This document shows, piece by piece, positions 33,865 through 41,388 of a DNA stretch of 64,000 nt. The stretch is from Geobacter sp. AOG1 (GTDB taxonomy: Bacteria; Desulfobacterota; Desulfuromonadia; Geobacterales; Geobacteraceae): the NCBI RefSeq assembly GCF_019972315.1, contig NZ_BLIZ01000001.1:3474472-3538471 (forward strand), given 5' to 3'. The notes below the pieces were generated by a model. That model ran no database searches. It was not told where the DNA came from and was given only the letters and a program-made list of their open reading frames with translations. Within the stretch, counting starts at the first letter, position 1. Each line of letters starts with the position of its first letter. The position numbers were made by a program, and so were the translations under genes.

Positions 33865-34677
33865 TCACAGATACGCAATCAGTTCGGAAATACGGGTGAC
33901 GCCGGGGAAGTACCGATGCATAAGATACCCGGCCAGAAGCGCCAAGGCAAGCGTTATGGCAAAAGGTACGCCGGTGGTCTTGAAGACGCTTCCCATCCAC
34001 TCCGCACTATCCATGCGCCGGGTTCCGCGGACGAGACTTGCGGCGAGGACGAACTCGAACGCCGCTTCGGAGAGGATGAACGGGGCTTCGTAGACCAGGT
34101 AGACGCCGGCACCGACGACCACCGCCACAATAGCGGCCAGCACCGCAAAAATAACCACGGCCACGATGCCTCCCTCGTCACCGAGCGCCGACGACACCGC
34201 TTCCCCGGCCACATCCCCCACCGCGTCACCGATACCACCCCCCGTGTCGATGCCGCCGGGAAGGACGCTCGTCCCGCTCTCCGCTACTGCATCAAAACTT
34301 CCCGATGCCCCCGCACCGGAGAACTCTCCGCCGCCACCCTGAAACACCTCGCCGACGTTAAAATTGCCGCCTGAAATCGGCATGTCGGGCAGCACGTCGA
34401 GCAGATCGGGTGAATTGTCACGGACCTGTGCAGCGGGGGTGTACGCAATGTATTTCAGCCAGAGCTTCACCGCTGTGAAGAAGATCACATAGGCGAAGAC
34501 GACGGCAAGGGGATAACGGATCATGACGTTATCCAGATCCAGGCCAAGCATGATGCGCGTCGCCAGAAACCCGGCGCATACCGTCGCCAGGAGGATCAAC
34601 GACATATGGAAGCGCAAGGAATGGCGGCGCTTGAAGCGCTCGGTGAAATTGATTTTGTGGTGGAATAGGTTTTTCAT
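33865..34677 (-). CDS. hypothetical membrane protein with Gly/Asp-rich linker
   Basis: 270 aa, 2 N-terminal and 2-3 C-terminal TM helices around a GGGxG-rich acidic segment; start codon 12 nt after the last attC-like element. Confidence 0.55.
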   Translation of the reverse strand: MKNLFHHKINFTERFKRRHSLRFHMSLILLATVCAGFLATRIMLGLDLDNVMIRYPLAVVFAYVIFFTAVKLWLKYIAYTPAAQVRDNSPDLLDVLPDMPISGGNFNVGEVFQGGGGEFSGAGASGSFDAVAESGTSVLPGGIDTGGGIGDAVGDVAGEAVSSALGDEGGIVAVVIFAVLAAIVAVVVGAGVYLVYEAPFILSEAAFEFVLAASLVRGTRRMDSAEWMGSVFKTTGVPFAITLALALLAGYLMHRYFPGVTRISELIAYL

Positions 34678-34686
34678 TTTTTGTCT

Positions 34687-34746
34687 GGCGAACGTCTGTG
34701 GGCGCTGACCTGACAGATTTCGGTCAGGTCGTGCGCCTGGTTAGCG
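34687..34746 (-). repeat. attC-like site A (plus strand GGCGAAC ... GTTAGCG)
   Basis: Internal perfect 8-bp stem GACCTGAC/GTCAGGTC; GTTAGCG is the reverse complement of CGCTAAC in site A2. Confidence 0.75.
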
Positions 34747-34755
34747 AATGCTTTG

Positions 34756-35274
34756 CTAAAGAAATTTGAAGTAATTCCAGCCAGTATTCTTTTTCCCAAA
34801 AAAATACGAATAAAAGAGTATCAACGAGAATAGCATTAGAAATATGAGCCCAACGCTGTCCATGTTTTTTATGGTTATAACTGCATATATAGTCAGGGTT
34901 ATAATTGAATAAAGGATAATACTTCTTAGGAATACGTACCTATTCTTGCCTTTATACACGCCAGTGATTTCTCTTGCCCATTTAACCCAAATAAAGTGAA
35001 AAAGCATTGGAATAAGAAGCATTAGATCTGCTGCACTTGATGTGCTTCCAGTATCGCCAAGTGAAAGTAAAAATCCTATTGTAGACAGGATAAATATCGC
35101 GAAATAAACGCAAGCGAATGTACGTTTAATCATATCATCCACTGAACCCTGTGATGCCTCGGTTATATGAACTTTTCCGCTTAGTTCATTGTCGCAGTTG
35201 TAGCAGAAAGATGGCCCCCCCTGTTCTATGTCATTTTCAGCGCCGCAAACTGTGCAATAAATTTTGGTTGTCAT
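34756..35274 (-). CDS. cassette ORF: zinc-ribbon (CxxC...CxxC) plus 4-TM membrane protein (172 aa)
   Basis: MTTKIYCTVCGAENDIEQGGPSFCYNCDNEL... then hydrophobic helices; AT-rich codon usage; start 35274 (track ORF extends upstream through the attC). Confidence 0.6.
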   Translation of the reverse strand: MTTKIYCTVCGAENDIEQGGPSFCYNCDNELSGKVHITEASQGSVDDMIKRTFACVYFAIFILSTIGFLLSLGDTGSTSSAADLMLLIPMLFHFIWVKWAREITGVYKGKNRYVFLRSIILYSIITLTIYAVITIKNMDSVGLIFLMLFSLILFYSYFFGKKNTGWNYFKFL

Positions 35275-35282
35275 TCTATTCT

Positions 35283-35341
35283 CGCTAACGGCTTTGCGCT
35301 TGACCTGACGGGCGGGCTTATGCCCGTTCATGGTCCGAGCG
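35283..35341 (-). repeat. attC-like site A2 (CGCTAAC ... GTTCGGT)
   Basis: Contains GACCTGACGGGC...GCCCGT...GGTC palindrome; boxes complementary to sites A and B. Confidence 0.75.
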
Positions 35342-35475
35342 CTGGTTCGGTGTGTCTTCTTCCCAGTCATTTCTGAATGGTCAAAACCATTTCAGCCATT
35401 CACCTAATTTCTCCATAAACTTTTCGCCGAAAATTGCCCCTATTCCCACAAAAACTCCGAATGTTAAGACCAAAG

Positions 35476-35643
35476 CTAATTTAGAAGTGTTTTGAACTCA
35501 GAATGAGACAGATTCATAACATAAGAACCGACAACGAAGGAGCCAAGTACAAGCCCCCAAATAACCCCGCCATAATGACGTGTGGATTTTTGTTCTTCAA
35601 GTTTGGTCGGTTCATCGATTCTATTTTGATTATGGTCTGTCAT
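35476..35643 (-). CDS. cassette ORF: 55-aa single-TM peptide (below track cutoff)
   Basis: MTDHNQNRIDEPTKLEEQKSTRHYGGVIWGLVLGSFVVGSYVMNLSHSEFKTLLN; ATG 9 nt after attC B. Confidence 0.45.
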   Translation of the reverse strand: MTDHNQNRIDEPTKLEEQKSTRHYGGVIWGLVLGSFVVGSYVMNLSHSEFKTLLN

Positions 35644-35650
35644 CTTATTC

Positions 35651-35705
35651 ACCGAACGCCGTGGGCGCTGACCTGACGGGTTTTAGGTCTAGCGTCTGGT
35701 TGGGT
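35651..35705 (-). repeat. attC-like site B (ACCGAAC ... GTTGGGT)
   Basis: Shares GTGGGCGCTGACCTGAC core with site A; boxes complementary to A2 and C. Confidence 0.75.
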
Positions 35706-35706
35706 G

Positions 35707-36018
35707 CTACCTTATTGCCTCTAATACCATTAAGCCGAAATTGACGATGAATGCGGCAATACCGACATACCAAGAAATACGATTCAAATGGGGTATCAAC
35801 CGGCCTTTCTTGATTTCAAAATATCGCTGACGCAAGTAACCAAAAAGCTTCAGATTAAAGCTGATCGAGAAACTGCTTTCGGCAAACATTAAAATTGGGT
35901 TTTCTCCGTTAAGGCGAATAATCAAAAACATATATGCCGTCGTTATTGGGAAAATTACTCCGACAATGACGAGGATTTGGTTACATATGCCAATTGCTTG
36001 ATGAATGTTATTGTTCAT
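35707..36018 (-). CDS. cassette ORF: 103-aa 3-TM membrane protein
   Basis: MNNNIHQAIGICNQILVIVGVIFPITTAYMFLIIRL...; AT-rich. Confidence 0.55.
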   Translation of the reverse strand: MNNNIHQAIGICNQILVIVGVIFPITTAYMFLIIRLNGENPILMFAESSFSISFNLKLFGYLRQRYFEIKKGRLIPHLNRISWYVGIAAFIVNFGLMVLEAIR

Positions 36019-36030
36019 TTTATTTTATCC

Positions 36031-36101
36031 ACCCAACGTGCGAGAGCGCAGCGGCGGGCGCGGGGTTATCGCGACCGACCGCCTGCCGCGCTTAGTTAGA
36101 T
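36031..36101 (-). repeat. attC-like site C (ACCCAAC ... GTTAGAT)
   Basis: GC-rich imperfect palindrome GCGCAGCGGCGGGCG / CGCCTGCCGCGC; boxes complementary to B and D. Confidence 0.75.
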
Positions 36102-36115
36102 TTCTTTTCGTGCTC

Positions 36116-36619
36116 CTATCTTACAAACGTCTTTTTCACTCGGGCAGAGACAAAGAAGTAAGTAACCCAGATACAACAACCAATGAAAGTTAGCGCCAAA
36201 ACATCAATGGCGTTATTCAACGTCTTGATCTTTTCAGGTGTGTCTGGCGATGCTTTGATTGATAGGAAGTTAAGATATGCGACGATTAAGTTGGCGAGAT
36301 ACCACAATTTTATGTACCTCGGAAATGATCGCTTTCTTTTGAACAGTAGCATGAGCAAGCCGATTGGTATTATGACTATAATTGCTCCGATAATCATGAT
36401 CGCGAATCTTTCTCCACCTGCTGCAAATGCTACCGCATCGGTAAATGATGAAAGGATCGTGATGACTGAGATTATAAGGCCAACCGCTACAAATATAAGG
36501 GCTCCGTCAATTTTGTTGAAGTTAGGTGCCTCATAGACCAGATTTTCGTGGCCGCAAGAACATCGCAATGTTTCATCATCATTTCCAGTGTACCCGCAAG
36601 AAGGGCAATCCCAAGCCAT
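36116..36619 (-). CDS. cassette ORF: zinc-ribbon (CPSC...CSCGH) plus 4-TM membrane protein (167 aa)
   Basis: MAWDCPSCGYTGNDDETLRCSCGHENLVYEAP... same architecture as the 34756-35274 product. Confidence 0.6.
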   Translation of the reverse strand: MAWDCPSCGYTGNDDETLRCSCGHENLVYEAPNFNKIDGALIFVAVGLIISVITILSSFTDAVAFAAGGERFAIMIIGAIIVIIPIGLLMLLFKRKRSFPRYIKLWYLANLIVAYLNFLSIKASPDTPEKIKTLNNAIDVLALTFIGCCIWVTYFFVSARVKKTFVR

Positions 36620-36639
36620 AAAGCCTCCATTTTCATTTC

Positions 36640-36704
36640 ATCTAACGGGGCTGCGGCGCAGCGGCGTAGCGTAGCGAAGACCGTCTGCCGCCGAGTGGTT
36701 GGTG
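36640..36704 (-). repeat. attC-like site D (ATCTAAC ... GTTGGTG)
   Basis: Body AACGGGGCTGCGGCGCAGCGGCGTAGCGTAGCGAAGACCGTCTGCCGCCG is ~95% identical to site D-prime. Confidence 0.75.
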
Positions 36705-36707
36705 CTT

Positions 36708-37478
36708 TCACCTACCTTTGATGACTTTCATTACAGGCTGATTCAACACTAACTTCTTACGTTTATAGATTTCGACCTCTCCGGGAGGAGTATCCGCGTC
36801 TCCGATTACCCACACTAAGCATCGATAAAGAACCTCGCCACTCTTGAAATCATAATGGTGATTCCCACCACTCCCGTCGAAGGTGAGAGTCCCATTTCGT
36901 AAAATTAAGTCTGGTGTTTCTGAGGATTTTTTTTGAACCGGCCAGACGGCATATCGGAATGTAACGTCAGTAATTTTATCGATACGAATTCTATATTTGG
37001 CAGTTTCCCACTCCAGAATCGGCTCAATAAAATCACGTAGACTGGCATGTAGCTTTTGCTTATCCGCTTCAATCAGCTCAGCTCGCTTACGCTTACCTTT
37101 TTCTGTCTGGTAGTTGATGGCGGTTATTTTTCCTTCCTCATCAAGCCACAATGGCCCGTTTTGGAACATAATTCCTCTCCATCCCATTTCAGACCAATCG
37201 GCTGAAACCTTGGAAGTGGAAATCGATTTTATGATCTTTTCGTCTACTATTTCGTCGTAAGCTTCCAAGAATTGTTTCGGGTTGTCTATGCTTGAAAGGG
37301 GAACCCTCCGTTGTAGCGGGTACGAAACTAAATTTGCTAAAGCCTTTCGGTCTTTACGGGCCACAACTTTTATGAATTTTTTGACCGTGTTTTCAAAACT
37401 CGGCTCAGCACTCCAAAGTGGGCAGGAAAAGGAAAGTATTATTGCAAAGGCAAGTATTGTTGCTGTAATCAGTTTCAT
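36708..37478 (-). CDS. cassette ORF: secreted hypothetical protein (256 aa, signal peptide)
   Basis: MKLITATILAFAIILSFSCPLWSAEP...; start at ATG 37478 (track ORF 36708-37622 runs through the attC repeat). Confidence 0.6.
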   Translation of the reverse strand: MKLITATILAFAIILSFSCPLWSAEPSFENTVKKFIKVVARKDRKALANLVSYPLQRRVPLSSIDNPKQFLEAYDEIVDEKIIKSISTSKVSADWSEMGWRGIMFQNGPLWLDEEGKITAINYQTEKGKRKRAELIEADKQKLHASLRDFIEPILEWETAKYRIRIDKITDVTFRYAVWPVQKKSSETPDLILRNGTLTFDGSGGNHHYDFKSGEVLYRCLVWVIGDADTPPGEVEIYKRKKLVLNQPVMKVIKGR

Positions 37479-37487
37479 TCTTATCCT

Positions 37488-37551
37488 CACCAACGGGGCT
37501 GCGGCGCAGCGGCGTAGCGTAGCGAAGACCGTCTGCCGCCGCGTGTTAGGA
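37488..37551 (-). repeat. attC-like site D-prime (CACCAAC ... GTTAGGA)
   Basis: Near-identical body to site D; boxes complementary to D and to TCCTAAC at 38366. Confidence 0.75.
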
Positions 37552-38352
37552 CATTTTTGCCTTATAATGCTCTGCCATGGCTTCATTTTTAAGCTCTTTC
37601 GCCATGTAGTAGAGTTTTTCAAACTTACCGGGACAATCTCGTTCTTTTTCTATTTCATGGAACGCAGTTTCGAGATCTTCATAGGAAGCGAACCATGCCG
37701 GCGCAGTTGCTAGAAAAGCCGCTACAAGATCAAGGACCATATCTTCAGCATTAGAACCATCACGTTCTACCCACCAGACATCTTTACGAGTAGCATTTGC
37801 AGGGTTATCTATACTCTGACGGCACTTCTGTTTCGAAAAATCGAAGTTTTCAAGGCGAAGAGATTGATGAAGGTAGATACCAACTGGCAGGCCATCTTTG
37901 TCATACTCAATTCCCTTTCCTTCTGGGTCGTACTTATTGATGACAAATGGGAAATATACTCCCAAGGTGCACATGAAGGAAGAAGGAGTAAAGCCGGTAA
38001 CGTCCGAGAAATGCTTGCCTACAGCCTCGACACTGACGACAAATACCGAGGATATATTGTATTTGTAGCTTCTTTTACCTTTAAACTTTGTAAATCCATG
38101 CTGACGTATGACTGGGAACAGATGTCTTTTTAAGGCTTTATTTATCTCCGCAGTGCCGACTGATTTCACACCAATTTCAGTTGTTACATTTGCTTCGGCT
38201 TTAATCTGCCTCTTTTTATGTTTCCAATTGTCCCATAGTATGTAAATTCCGAAAATAAGCAGTAATGGAGACAGCAATAACCCCAGGAAAATTGCAATGA
38301 TGAATCCAGGAATTCTCCACGGTTGTTTTATCAGTTTCTCGAAAATTTTCAT
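37546..38352 (-). CDS. cassette ORF: N-terminally membrane-anchored hypothetical protein (268 aa)
   Basis: MKIFEKLIKQPWRIPGFIIAIFLGLLLSPLLLIFGIYILW...; ATG 14 nt after the core box at 38366-38372. Confidence 0.6.
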   Translation of the reverse strand: MKIFEKLIKQPWRIPGFIIAIFLGLLLSPLLLIFGIYILWDNWKHKKRQIKAEANVTTEIGVKSVGTAEINKALKRHLFPVIRQHGFTKFKGKRSYKYNISSVFVVSVEAVGKHFSDVTGFTPSSFMCTLGVYFPFVINKYDPEGKGIEYDKDGLPVGIYLHQSLRLENFDFSKQKCRQSIDNPANATRKDVWWVERDGSNAEDMVLDLVAAFLATAPAWFASYEDLETAFHEIEKERDCPGKFEKLYYMAKELKNEAMAEHYKAKMS

Positions 38353-38365
38353 TTTCCTTTTATTG

Positions 38366-38440
38366 TCCTAACTAGCTATTGATCAGTTCGCGCGCGTGCG
38401 CGTGAACTGGTCATTCACCCAATTGGAACATTTCTCCACC
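38366..38440 (-). repeat. E-type element: core box TCCTAAC plus 26-bp GC palindrome plus conserved tail
   Basis: TCCTAAC is the exact partner of GTTAGGA (site D-prime); followed by CAGTTCGCGCGCGTGCGCGTGAACTG and ACCCAATTGGAACATTTCTCC; a related copy is at 40905-40990. Confidence 0.6.
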
Positions 38441-38442
38441 GC

Positions 38443-38913
38443 TTACAACTTCTCCAGCAGCGCACCGAACCGCTCCACAAGAATGTCCACTTCCTTCCCG
38501 ATCCGCTCGTCCGGCGCCCCGATGGCGACCGGCCCGAAATGTCCTATCCCCGTGAGTCCCTGCACGACGCAGCCGTGGATCAGGAAGCATTTGAGGATAT
38601 CCAGCAGCACCGCGTCCCCCCCGCCGCCGATGACCCCTTCGGAGGTGAAGGCCGCCGCAGCCTTCCCCTCCAGCTTCTTGTAGTACTTGACGCTCTCGTC
38701 GACGAACTTTTTGATGGGCCAGGCCATGGTGCCGAAGTAGTTGGGCGAACCGACGATGTAGCCGTCGTAGCCCGGCAGGGAATCAATCGGCACCTCCTCC
38801 ACCGGTATCAGGTCAGCCTTTATGCCGCGGACAACCAGCCCCTTGGTGATCATCTCCGCCATTTTCTTCGTATTGCCGCTGCGGGAATAGTAGGTGACGA
38901 GCACGGTTTTCAT
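38443..38913 (-). CDS. flavodoxin-like FMN-binding protein
   Basis: 156 aa MKTVLVTYYSRSGNTKKMAEMI... flavodoxin fold signature; GC-rich, native-like codon usage. Confidence 0.8.
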   Translation of the reverse strand: MKTVLVTYYSRSGNTKKMAEMITKGLVVRGIKADLIPVEEVPIDSLPGYDGYIVGSPNYFGTMAWPIKKFVDESVKYYKKLEGKAAAAFTSEGVIGGGGDAVLLDILKCFLIHGCVVQGLTGIGHFGPVAIGAPDERIGKEVDILVERFGALLEKL

Positions 38914-38925
38914 CGACAGTTCTCC

Positions 38926-40071
38926 TTATGGTGCCGGTGACGCGGCTATGAATGAACTTCTGGCTTCATTCACGACGCCGAGTATCTTCTTCATGCCGAA
39001 GCCGCTGAACCGGATGCTCGACGGTACATCCGGCAGGTCTGACTTGATCAGGATGCCCGTACTGAAGAAGCCGATTTTGTTGGGAAAGTCTTCCATCCGG
39101 TCAAATGGGATCAGGAAGCGGTGAAACATCACCCGTACTTCAAGAGCATCGCCGTAGACCATGAGCCTGAAGAAGGGGACTGATCCATGGAATAGGAAAA
39201 TTGAACCGCCACCGGTGAAGCTCGCGAGAAGTTTTCGGTTTTTCTCAAAGGGGGAGGGAAGATAGTTGAAGATCGTCGGTCCCAGAAATACGAACAGGAT
39301 TATCCCGGGAAATACCAATCCGATCGACTCGGGCCCCACATACTTCTCCGTTGCGAATACCAGCAGTAGCGGCACTGCTATCAACAAGGGGAAGGTCCCC
39401 ATTATCCCGAAGGGAAACGGAGAATCTTTGTATTTGGCTTCGACAGTCTGGCTGGTTGTCCTCTCATTCATCCTTTCGGAGAGCGAACGAGAGATGTTTT
39501 CCGGGTTATACTGAGCTACGTCGTACGGTTCGTCCTTGACAGGAAGGCGGCCCAAGTACCTGAACCCGAAATAGGCTGGCAACCCGAACTGGGCTAGTGC
39601 GATAGCAAAAAAAACATACGGGATGTTCTTGGATATCCCGCCGCCGGCAGGGAATTGCATGAACTCAGGCAGTATCATAAGCGGAAAAAGAATTATCTCG
39701 GCAAGAAGCAGAATGACTGCCGCCTGACCAAACCTTTTCCCCCACGGCTCCAATTCCAGAACCCCACGTGCAGCGATAAGAAACAAAACACCGACGGCAA
39801 TAAAGGCAATCAGTGCTACATACGGATACGACGCGGGAATGTGAAAATCCGCCTTAAACGGTTCGGTTTGGGGAAGGATGAAATTCCAAAGCCCGCCGAA
39901 AAGGCATCCCCAACCAAGAAACTTCATGGTCTTTGCCGCTTTTTTCGGATTCGGTGCGCCTGTCCGCAACTCCTGAATCAAATCGATAAATCCCATACAC
40001 GCCTTTCTCGCCAAGAAAAGGAAAAGAGGAAAAGGGACATCCATGATAAGTAAAGTCAAGGGGAACTGCAA
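38926..40071 (-). CDS. hypothetical polytopic membrane protein (381 aa)
   Basis: ~8 predicted TM helices, no recognizable domain. Confidence 0.55.
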   Translation of the reverse strand: MQFPLTLLIMDVPFPLFLFLARKACMGFIDLIQELRTGAPNPKKAAKTMKFLGWGCLFGGLWNFILPQTEPFKADFHIPASYPYVALIAFIAVGVLFLIAARGVLELEPWGKRFGQAAVILLLAEIILFPLMILPEFMQFPAGGGISKNIPYVFFAIALAQFGLPAYFGFRYLGRLPVKDEPYDVAQYNPENISRSLSERMNERTTSQTVEAKYKDSPFPFGIMGTFPLLIAVPLLLVFATEKYVGPESIGLVFPGIILFVFLGPTIFNYLPSPFEKNRKLLASFTGGGSIFLFHGSVPFFRLMVYGDALEVRVMFHRFLIPFDRMEDFPNKIGFFSTGILIKSDLPDVPSSIRFSGFGMKKILGVVNEARSSFIAASPAP

Positions 40072-40142
40072 TCGTGTCAGGCTTGCAATTGTGTAATTAT
40101 AAATTGCAAAACTGCAAACCTGACACCACTATCGTTCCATTC

Positions 40143-40829
40143 TTACTTTTGAGCTTGAGATTGAGAAACTTTATCAGCCGTTTTCTGTATAACTTGTTGT
40201 GCTACTTTTTTAAAAACTCGATTCATAAGCTTTTCAATATTTGTTGAGTGCATTACCCCCATTCCTTCCCCTTCGCGGTCTGTTTCATTGATGACCGTAT
40301 CAATAAGTACATCTGAGCTTTTGCCATCAAACAGATTTAAGTTAAGAGTTGCGTTTCTCCGACTGGTAACAGTCAAAAACCCTGTTTCATTGACAAACTC
40401 GAACGACAGTAATTGCCCACCTATTATGTAATCACTAGTCTGCTCTTTGTTTAATTCTTTGATGCTTTGTGCATTGGACTTTGAGAGCACCTTGTCCAGC
40501 GCCTTTGCCTTAAAGCCAGCTTTTGTCAATTCTTGAACCAGAAGTTCTTGGAGTAAGTCTTTGACTGGTATGTAATCAGTTTCTTTGTACGTCATGCCAA
40601 ATTTCCAAGGGCCTTGTAATGCAACAAAACTTTCGCTTTTAACATTACCCTCCTCGACCCACGCCCTTTTATCCTCAAACTTAGCAACACCTAAAGAATA
40701 TTTTTCTAATTCTGTTGCGTTTGATAGACGTGCAGCATCAGCTTGATAAGCGACATCAAATGACCGCGTACACCCGCTTGAGAACGCAACTACAATTAAA
40801 CCAATCACAACCAACCATTTCATTTTCAT
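40143..40829 (-). CDS. hypothetical lipoprotein (228 aa; lipobox FSSGC)
   Basis: MKMKWLVVIGLIVVAFSSGC...; start at ATG 40829 after AAGGAG; AT-rich. Confidence 0.6.
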   Translation of the reverse strand: MKMKWLVVIGLIVVAFSSGCTRSFDVAYQADAARLSNATELEKYSLGVAKFEDKRAWVEEGNVKSESFVALQGPWKFGMTYKETDYIPVKDLLQELLVQELTKAGFKAKALDKVLSKSNAQSIKELNKEQTSDYIIGGQLLSFEFVNETGFLTVTSRRNATLNLNLFDGKSSDVLIDTVINETDREGEGMGVMHSTNIEKLMNRVFKKVAQQVIQKTADKVSQSQAQK

Positions 40830-40904
40830 CGTCTTGTCTCCTTTTTGTTTGATACTCCAAGAGATACTGTTGACCACCTAAACGGAGCTTTTGCCTTGGC
40901 GCGC

Positions 40905-40990
40905 AACACGTTATTGAGCGGTTCACGCACACGCGCGTGAACCGCTGATCTACCCAAATGGAACATTTCTCCCGTGAAACGCTTCTTTCC
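40905..40990 (-). repeat. F-type element (second copy of the E-type palindromic element)
   Basis: GCGCAAC box, CGGTTCACGCACACGCGCGTGAACCG palindrome, then ACCCAAATGGAACATTTCTCC; aligns with 38366-38440. Confidence 0.55.
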
Positions 40991-41027
40991 ACCCCGGTTT
41001 CAAGTGCGGGCGTACCTTCACGCAAAA

Positions 41028-41175
41028 AACCGCCCAGCCGGCATATTGCCAGCATGGGCGGTCTCGATGGGGTACAGGGGCCTGCTCATGGCGCGCTCCC
41101 AGACAGTGCAGTATTCAGAAGAATGAGACTTTTGTAACCCTCCGCGCATCGGCTGTCAAGGAGAAACTGTCACCG
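41028..41175 (-). repeat. Copy 1 of a ~150-nt repeat: promoter-like boxes, RBS, 23-codon micro-ORF (41028-41099), intrinsic terminator (41034-41072)
   Basis: ~88% identical to 47445-47595; minus strand has TTGACA-17nt-TACAAA, GGGAG-6nt-ATG, MSRPLYPIETAHAGNMPAGRFFA, then ACCGCCCATGCTGGCAATATGCCGGCTGGGCGGT hairpin plus TTTTTT. Confidence 0.6.
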
Positions 41176-41388
41176 GGAAATGCTGAAGGCCGGCAGCTCC
41201 AGCCACCGACCCTCCTCCCGCACCCTCATAATTCCTGACTTCTTGCCTGCCGAATTGTCATGCAGGCAGGCCCCTTAAGCTTTTCCTAAGGCTTGAACAA
41301 CAAAAATACATTCTCATTGAGATTATTTTGTAGTATGGTCGCAGTCGATGCGTGATACCTGGCAAAGCCAGCAAACAAGGAGGGGTAC

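Larger units (their letters stand above)
34687..38372 (-). mobile_element. integron-type gene cassette array (6 single-ORF cassettes, chained attC-like sites; no intI in window, CALIN-like)
   Basis: AT-rich ORFs separated by GC-rich 55-71-nt imperfect palindromes bounded by xxxxAAC and GTTxxxx boxes; each GTT box is the exact reverse complement of the AAC box of the adjacent element (6 of 6 joins, 7/7 nt). Confidence 0.8.

Noticed and set aside
36487-36711. 74-aa ORF and the 5' extension of ORF 36708-37622 translating ...TTRRQTVFATLRRCAAAPL...
   Set aside because: These peptides are translations of the GC-rich attC-like repeats D and D-prime, not protein sequence. The true gene start is at 37478.
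34687-38440. CRISPR array considered for the regularly spaced GC-rich repeats
   Set aside because: The intervening segments are 300-880 bp and contain ORFs. The repeats are imperfect palindromes of varying sequence and not identical direct repeats. The structure fits attC sites, not CRISPR.
38366-38440. E element as attI with an adjacent integrase
   Set aside because: No tyrosine-recombinase ORF on either strand nearby. Upstream genes are flavodoxin, membrane protein and lipoprotein. Kept only as a possible degenerate attI or atypical attC.
41028-41175. c-di-GMP (GEMM) or other riboswitch identity for the 150-nt repeat
   Set aside because: No GNRA tetraloop/receptor or conserved GEMM stretches such as GCAAA...GGGACGCAAAGCC. 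The element instead carries an RBS and a conserved micro-ORF overlapping the terminator.
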